Shown piece by piece: positions 36,620 to 43,460 of a DNA stretch of 43,460 bases (its first letter is position 1; each line of letters opens with the position of its first letter). The stretch covers positions 90,897,627-90,941,086 of the forward strand of contig NC_068981.1 in the NCBI RefSeq assembly GCF_001194135.2, given 5' to 3'. Both the position numbers and the translations under genes were made by a program. The stretch comes from Octopus bimaculoides (lineage: Eukaryota). Below the pieces are notes generated by a model that was given only the letters and a program-made list of their open reading frames with translations, made no database searches and had not been told where the DNA came from.

Positions 36620-37395
36620 ATTATTACATTACATTACTTATCCTGTAGTCTAACTGACCGTTGGGGCACCACTGATGTCTTTGCGACCGGATCCCTCCAC
36701 CCGTCTCTGTCTTCTGCATCTCCCACTACATCTTTCATCTTTAGGCCTGTCCACTCACACATGTTGTTTTTCTGCCTCTTTCTCTGTCTGCCTCTGCGTC
36801 TGCCACCTTTGACTGTTCCCTGAAGGATTCTTTTGGTCATCTCTGATGAGCGGGTAACATGCCCAAAACCACTTGAGCTTGCATTTCTTTACTGTGGTAA
36901 GAAGTTCCTCATAGGACCCTATTGCCTACCTTATTCTTCTTTTCACTTCCCCATTTGTGACACGATCTCTGTATGATATTCCCAAAAGTTTCCTGAAACA
37001 TCTCATCTCTGTAGTCTGAATTCTTTCGATTTCTGCTGTCAGTGTCCATATCTCACAGGCGTAGAGGAATAATAAGATCACTTGTGATTTCATTAGCCTA
37101 ATTTTTGGAGCTCAGTGAGATATTTCTGTCTTTCTACAATGTTCTGAATTTAGACATTGCTACTATTGCTTTGACAATGCCGGATATCACTTCGTGCTTG
37201 GAACTTTCGTCACGCACTATTACCCCAAAATATTTGAATTTTTACACTTGTTCAAGCGTAACTCCACTGCCGCTTATGTTGGTACTGATTTCGCTTAGGC
37301 AGTTTGTCATAACTTTTGTTCTTATTGGAGGTCTTGTCTAGGCGCTTTACTAGTTGTTTCAATTCTTGTTCTGAACCCACCAGTCCGATGATAGA
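36620..37395 (-). mobile_element. 5'-truncated RTE-clade LINE (RT C-terminal part and 3' end)
   Basis: Minus: GLVGSEQELKQLVKRLDK..KFKYFG..LYACEIWTLTAE..EMRCFRKLLGISYRDRVTN.EV..KLKW/FGHVTRSSEMTKRILQGTVKGGRRRGRQRKR..W..DPVAKTSVVPQR, ending in a short (GTAAT)n tail. Confidence 0.92.
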
Positions 37396-38832
37396 CTTTC
37401 TCAATCAAAACAATGTTCTCTTTTCCAACGCAACAACAATTCTATCTGAAACCGTGCAAATTTCCTGCTAAACAAAACAAAATAAATGCAAGTTAAAGTT
37501 TACAACCTCTTTCATTTAAAATGTTCAGTTTTTGTTAAAGGGAAAGAAAGCTAAAACTATTAAAACATTTCACTCTAAATATTATCCTTTTCGAACCAAC
37601 CGTGTAGCCTCTACGTGTATCTTGACCTGATAGAAATAGCATCCTATCTACTCTCCAATTACATCTAACACTCTTAGAAATTATTTAGAAGACATAATAT
37701 ATCTAGTTAGATATATTATCGTCATGGTCGTCATGGACAAAATGCGTTTGGTCACTGGCATGTTCAGTTATTTCGGACATGGGACTAAATAACCTCATCT
37801 AAACATTTTTGAATTATCTAGTTACGAGGCGTTGAAATATATCTTGTAATAACTGACGTGTTTGCCATGTCTGCAATCACTTGACGACACGGTTAGTATT
37901 TCATTAAACAAATACATTAGCACAAAGGTATAAGACAACAATTAGTACATTCCGTATTCGATGAGATAAAATAGTGTTAACATATTTAATATAGTGATAA
38001 ATTTGCTTAGAATCACTAAGTAAATGTACAACATTGTCCATTGCTTGATGTGGGAAATTAAAATTGCTCAGCGAAGAATATACTACTCAAACAAATTACA
38101 TTGAAACACAATTCATAGCAAAAAGAAGTACAATAGTGTTGAAATATTTTATGCCCTGGGTGTGAAAAAAGCCAAATATAGCAAATAGATAATATCATTT
38201 TTGCTATTTGGGCAAATACGAGACAACAGCTCCCGATATATTTCGGTCTTATTCAAGCTACTCACGAAGTATAGATGTCACCTTAGTTGTCAAAGCAATG
38301 ATGAGAGAATCACTGGTGATGCACAAAAATGTACAGTGTTGATGTATACACACACGCGCATGCGCGCGCACACACACACTCACCCCCGCCACACAAGCAG
38401 AGGTAGGGTGTCATTCCACTTGCTATAAGTTATTTTAATTACTAGATATTCTATATATCTAGTAATATATAAGGCTTCTGTGATGTGTAAACTTTCTGTA
38501 TATTGTTTAATTTCGTGACTAAAAATTCTATCTTTATGTTCTACTTTGCATATTTTCCTGTAATTCTAAATAGATATGAAACATAGGAAGGTAATCAACA
38601 TTTATTGTTCTGCGCCTTGGTGCTCTGATGAAATAATGTTTGTCTTGCATGTCATCATACAACATAGAACCGATCATAAGAGAAACATGAACTTATATCG
38701 ACTCGAGAAATATTGTGAGATTGTCTCTGAGATAGTCATAAAGTGTGTTACTAGAAACCGAAGGAACTTGAACTGAAATAGCTGATAGGAAATCGCGAAA
38801 TCGAGAAATAAAAGTTTCTTCTTCCTTGGTAG

Positions 38833-39090
38833 CTATCTATCTATCTTGTCCTATTCCTGTGGTTGTTTGTGGTTGTTGGGGTATTCATCGATGACGTCGC
38901 AACCAGATTTTGACACTTCTCTCGGTCTTCTGCTGCTCTCTGTGAGTCGGCGAAATTGACGCCTGTCCACTTACTGATGTTAAAAGCTCATCTTATCCTT
39001 GCCCCGCATTGCCTTCGTTCCCCTTCCACTGTGCCTTCAAGGACTGGTCTTTTACTAGGCCGGAGTTTCTTGTGACATGACCATACTGTA
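38833..39090 (-). mobile_element. Short RTE-clade LINE 3' end
   Basis: Minus: YGHVTRNSGL..VLEGTVEGERR..WTGVNFADSQRAAEDREK..LVATSS, followed by a (GATA)n tail. Confidence 0.85.
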
Positions 39091-40497
39091 TTTAAAGCAG
39101 AATGAGCAGTCCTGCCATTTGTGAGCAAAGTTACAATAATTCCAGGTAAAGACTATGCAATAACACTATACTTTTAGAGAAGGAACCTTTATCAAAATCA
39201 AGTAGATAAAAAAAGTTATGATTCTGTACTAGTCAGTTATAATCAATTGTGTGATCTTAGTGTGAAATCCTTTTTATCTGGAACTATATGTGGTTCGTTT
39301 GGTGTTCAATGTCAATGAGTAGCGGGAAAAGTCACCTGACTGAGAGCTACAGCTGCAGTTCGTGCTGAGAGTGGCAGTTCATCATGTACCAGATCCTGCC
39401 TGCCATGGATTGCAAAGTATTTTTGACAAAAATTGGTGGTAGCTGGCAGGTGGGTTTTTTTTTAACTATTGTTAAGTTCGATGTTTCTATCATGCCGTAC
39501 AAGTGGCTGAGGTTTGGACGGAGAACAGGCAATCATTATGATAACACACAGGTTTCTCATATTTCTTGAAACTTCAGTTTCTTGCAATGTTTAGTTCCAG
39601 CATGTATCATCTTCTAAGAGGCATTTTTCTACCAAGTATCTCCCATCGTTGCATATTAAGCAACGGTTACGAGGTCATGCATTTAGATTAGACTGTGTAT
39701 ATTGTATAGGAATAGTTTGAAATTTAAATAGTTTAATGCTATTACGTTGTTAAAACCAATATCTTCATAAGGTTAGTATGAGGTTTCAAGTAAAATGAAA
39801 TGGAAAATAGAAAACAGTTTATTCTTTTATTGTTTCACTTTTAAATTTGTATATAATGATATAAAATCGATTTTACTTACGGTGTTCCGCCACTCATTAA
39901 CAATGCCGAGAGGCAAATGTATATTACACAAAATATACCAAATGCAATCGTTATTGAAATTCCTTATTTAAAAAAGCGGTCATATGTTTGGAAAGTTAGT
40001 TTACATTATCAGATGATGGAAAATAGAAACTCATTTATTCTTTCATTCTTCCCCGTTTACATTGGTTAAAACTTCTAAAATATATTCGGATATTAAGCTC
40101 TACGAATATATGATTTGCATAATGTTTGAAATATAATCAAAACTTCATAAAAACTAACAGTTCTCCGTTATAGAGGAATAGGAAACTGAATAGTTTCGAA
40201 ATACACACAAATACAAGTGTGAAACAATAAAACAATAAATTATTTCCTAGCTGCCATAGTGTGCAAAACTGCGCACAAACTTTTCGAAATTATTATTACA
40301 TTTAAACGCGAAATATTAAACAGCGTTCTAACTATATATATTCTCTCTCTCTCCCTCACTCGCACTGTCTCAGTCTGTCTGTCTCTTTCTCTCTCTCCTT
40401 TTTCTTTCTGTCAGTCTATCTGTCTGCCTCTCTCTTTCTCCCTCTCTTTATGTGTATATGTGTACATGTATATATACACATAAATATGGTATTCGTA

Positions 40498-40529
<32 letters not shown>

Positions 40530-40553
40530 TGTGTGTGTGTGCGTGCGTGTGTA

Positions 40554-41097
40554 TTCGCGGGGGACTTTTACCAATATGTCACAGGAGTGGCCATGGGAAC
40601 GAGAATGGGCCCCAACTATGCGAACCTGCTCGTTGGCTACGTTGAGGCCCAAATATTCTCACAATTCACTGGTCCCATTCCCGAACTACACGGTTGTTAT
40701 ATCGAAGACTGTATCAGCGCGACCGCACTCTCCCGCGAACATCTGAACTCCTTCTTCTCCTTTGTCCCATCCTTCCATCCTGCCCTCGAATTTTCCTGCA
40801 CTATCTCTAACTCTTCCGTTGAATTTCTCGACATGTCAATATACATAACTCCGGTCTCACCACCCCCATCCACTACAAACACACTGACTCAGACTCCTAC
40901 CTTAACTCCTCCTCCTCTCACCATACCTACACCAAGCTCTCCATTCTCTACTCCCAATTCCTCCGTCTATGCAGGCTCTGCAATGACAACTATGACTTAG
41001 AGATTCAGTCTCAACTCATGGTTCACCACTTCACCCTACGTGGATATCCCCTCACGATTATCCACATTGCCCTTGCCTGAGCAAAATCTGTAGACTG
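40554..41097 (+). mobile_element. Penelope-like element reverse transcriptase C-terminal fragment
   Basis: FAGDFYQYVTGVAMGTRMGPNYANLLVGYVE..YIEDCI..FHPALEFS..VEFLD, then after a frameshift HYKHTDSDSYL..SSH..SILYSQFLRLCRLC..RGYP. These are PLE RT motifs (G.AMGT.MGP.YANL, YIDD changed to YIED, YKPTD, SIPYSQ.LR..R.C, RGYP). Confidence 0.92.
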
Positions 41098-41104
41098 TAC
41101 CTCT

Positions 41105-41470
41105 GATGGTGTGTGGTGTGTATACTGAGTTAAATAGTGTGTATAGCTGCTCGTATAGTGGTATGTGTAGTGACGCTATTGAAGATTGTGTGTGGATAAT
41201 GGTGTGTGGTGTGGGTGCTGAGAAGTGTTCGGTGCTGGTGTGTGTAGAGTGGCAAAGTGTTTGTGGGTGTGTGTGTAATGGTGTGTGAAGAGAGTAATGA
41301 GTTGAACAGTGTATATGGGTGTTTGTATTGTGGCGTGTGTGTGGAGAGGGTACCGAGGTAGGCGGTATGCAAGTGTGTAGGTGGAAGGGCAGTTGAATGT
41401 AGGATGTGTGTAAGTATTCGTGTAGAATTATTGTCAGATGAAGAGAGGTAGTGAGTTGAGCCCATATGGC
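41105..41470 (-). repeat. CA-rich dispersed repeat (inverted homolog of 23070-23400)
   Basis: Its reverse complement aligns by eye with 23070-23400. It abuts the PLE RT fragment. Confidence 0.8.
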
Positions 41471-41937
41471 GCAAAGGAACGACGAAAGAAGATTAATTCC
41501 CGTTCACGGTGAAGACAGGTGTTCCCACACACACACACGGGCACGAAGACACACACACAAATACATACATGCATATATATATANNNNNNNNNNNNNNNNN
41601 NNNNNNNNNNNNNNNNNNNNNNNNNNNNNNNNNNNNNNNNNNNNNNNNNNNNNNNNNNNNNNNNNNNNNNNNNNNNNNNNNNNNNNNNNNNNNNNNNNNN
41701 NNNNNNNNNNNNNNNNNNNNNNNNNNNNNNNNNNNNNNNNNNNNNNNNNNNNNNNNNNNNNNNNNNNNNNNNNNNNNNNNNNNNNNNNNNNNNNNNNNNN
41801 NNNNNNNNNNNNNNNNNNNNNNNNNNNNNNNNNNNNNNNNNNNNNNNNNNNNNNNNNNNNNNNNNNNNNNNNNNNNNNNNNNNNNNNNNNNNNNNNNNNN
41901 NNNNNNNNNNNNNNNNNNNNNNNNNNNNNNNNNNNNN

Positions 41938-41984
<47 letters not shown>

Positions 41985-42381
41985 CGGGCGCCTGCACGCA
42001 CATTCATAGATAAGAAATTCATCGGTCGGTAATTTTGTCATTGCAGAATTGACAGTTCGTTTTCATGTCATTAAAAAATAAATATATTTATTTTCTTCAT
42101 CACTGTCAGATACGTAGAAATATCGTAAAATCAGCAATCGTCATTTTGAATCTCGTGTATACGTATGCATACACAATAACATACCTATATATGTGTATAA
42201 GCATAGTAACACAAGTATGTCGTATCTGCTCTTACAAAGGAATAGCTGAAAGAATTAGCATTTATGTGAATATGTCCAAGAACTCGTATAAAGTTGTTTC
42301 GACTGCGTTTCCGGAGATTTGTGCCTACATACATACGTACATTCGTACATACCTACGTACATACCTACGTACGTACCTACC

Positions 42382-42415
<34 letters not shown>

Positions 42416-42420
<5 letters not shown>

Positions 42421-43228
42421 TCGCTGCTTTCTTCCAAGGAATCTAATGCTCTTAGCTTAGTTTTTTCTTGGGTCTGGCCAGTTTGGAGCAATCTCGAGTA
42501 TAACCAGCCGAAATTGCAAATATAATCTGGAACTCGAGTGAGGATAGAAAACTCCGAATGACCCGCCTGGTTTTCTTTGTGTCGTCTGTCTGGATGTTTT
42601 GTTGTCCCTTTTTTGTATCACCTAACTGTCTGGATGTTTTGCGTTCTTGTCCCATGTTTGTATTTTTTATATATAAAATATAGCGGCGTACGTACACTTT
42701 GGTCTCTTATATGTAAGTATACATATATCTTATTTTGTATGACTTATTATTCAATTATTCTATTATTCTTTCTATTCTTTCATTCTTTCCTTCTTTCTAT
42801 CAGCCCTTTCACGCTTCGTTCATTCCACTCTTCGTTTCTTCGTTCCCCTCTCTCACACCTAACATCCCTTCCGTAAGGCTTTACTTCTACACACGCCAGC
42901 TTAATTTAATTCGTCCTTAGTGGAATGACACCTGTTTTTATGTTCTGTTAACTGCATTTGTATTTGTGTAACATTTCTCTGTTTTTTTTTCCGTCCTTGT
43001 TTTCGTATACATTCGCTGCTTTCTTCCAAGGAATCTCATGCTTAGTTTTTCCTTCGGGCTGGCCAGATTGGAGCAATTTCGAGTATAATCAGCCGAAATT
43101 GCAATGATAATCTGGAACTCGACTGAGGATAGAAAACTCCGAATGACCCGTCCTGATTTTCTTTGTATCGTCTGTCTGGATGTTTTGTTGTCCCTTATTT
43201 GTATCGCCTAACTGTCTAGATGTTTTGC
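42416..43228 (+). repeat. Two diverged direct copies of a ~225-bp unit (42416-42642 and 43008-43228)
   Basis: Both read tacattcgctgctttcttccaaggaatct..ttggagcaat.tcgagtataa.cagccgaaattgcaa..gaggatagaaaactccgaatgacccg..tgtctggatgttttgttgtccctt..cctaactgtct.gatgttttgc. Confidence 0.93.
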
Positions 43229-43233
43229 ATATA

Positions 43234-43460
43234 TCAGGTCATCCCATAAGTTCTGTCCGAATTTTAACTAAAGAAAACAAGTTATCAAATGTTATATTCA
43301 ATTGAAATTTAATCATCAATGTACTTTCCCTGATTATCTATAACTTCCTTCTACCTATTTACAAGCTTTTTAATCCCATCCGTGTAAAACTCTTTTGGTT
43401 TCAAAGCGAAGAACTCTGAAATGTCAGTTTCGACCTCCTCCTGACTTGCAAAAGTTATGC
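43234..43460 (-). mobile_element. Mariner transposon 3' end (C-terminal transposase plus TIR), truncated by the window edge
   Basis: Minus: ITFASQEEVETDISEFFALKPKEFYTDGIKKLVNR*KEVIDNQGKYIDD*, matching the mariner C-terminus F..GI..L..RW..V+..G.Y. The terminus TA|TCAGGTCATCCCATAAGTTCTGTCC is TIR-like. Confidence 0.88.

Noticed and set aside
36843-36870. Hammerhead-like CTGATGAG-CGGG..GCCC-AAAAC
   Set aside because: It lacks the essential G of GAAA and is simply the antisense of RTE coding sequence (FGHVTRSSE).

Overview
AT-rich, microsatellite- and repeat-dense animal genomic DNA with five N-gaps. The repeat families look like Octopus/cephalopod SINEs; this is recognition from memory, not a database hit. 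The only host gene I can support is a + strand membrane (renal-type, peptidase M19, DPEP1-like) dipeptidase. Three internal exons (14875-15010, 27354-27486, 29869-30019) splice in frame through canonical AG/GT sites and carry the HND, EGGH and THSCNTPW motifs. The flanking exons are not visible. The rest is intronic: tRNA-type SINEs (one with an intact 12-bp TSD), a hAT MITE with an 8-bp TSD, and decayed Gypsy, mariner, RTE, Tx1/L1-like and Penelope-like fragments. Almost all ORFs in the supplied track are microsatellite, N-gap or transposon artefacts. I found no evidence of a new multi-gene system. The best leads are RNA-level: a degenerate hammerhead ribozyme core in a Penelope-like terminus (19329-19420), an unassigned GC-rich, hairpin-dense island (about 13330-14090), and long hairpins or palindromes on both sides of the second dipeptidase exon.
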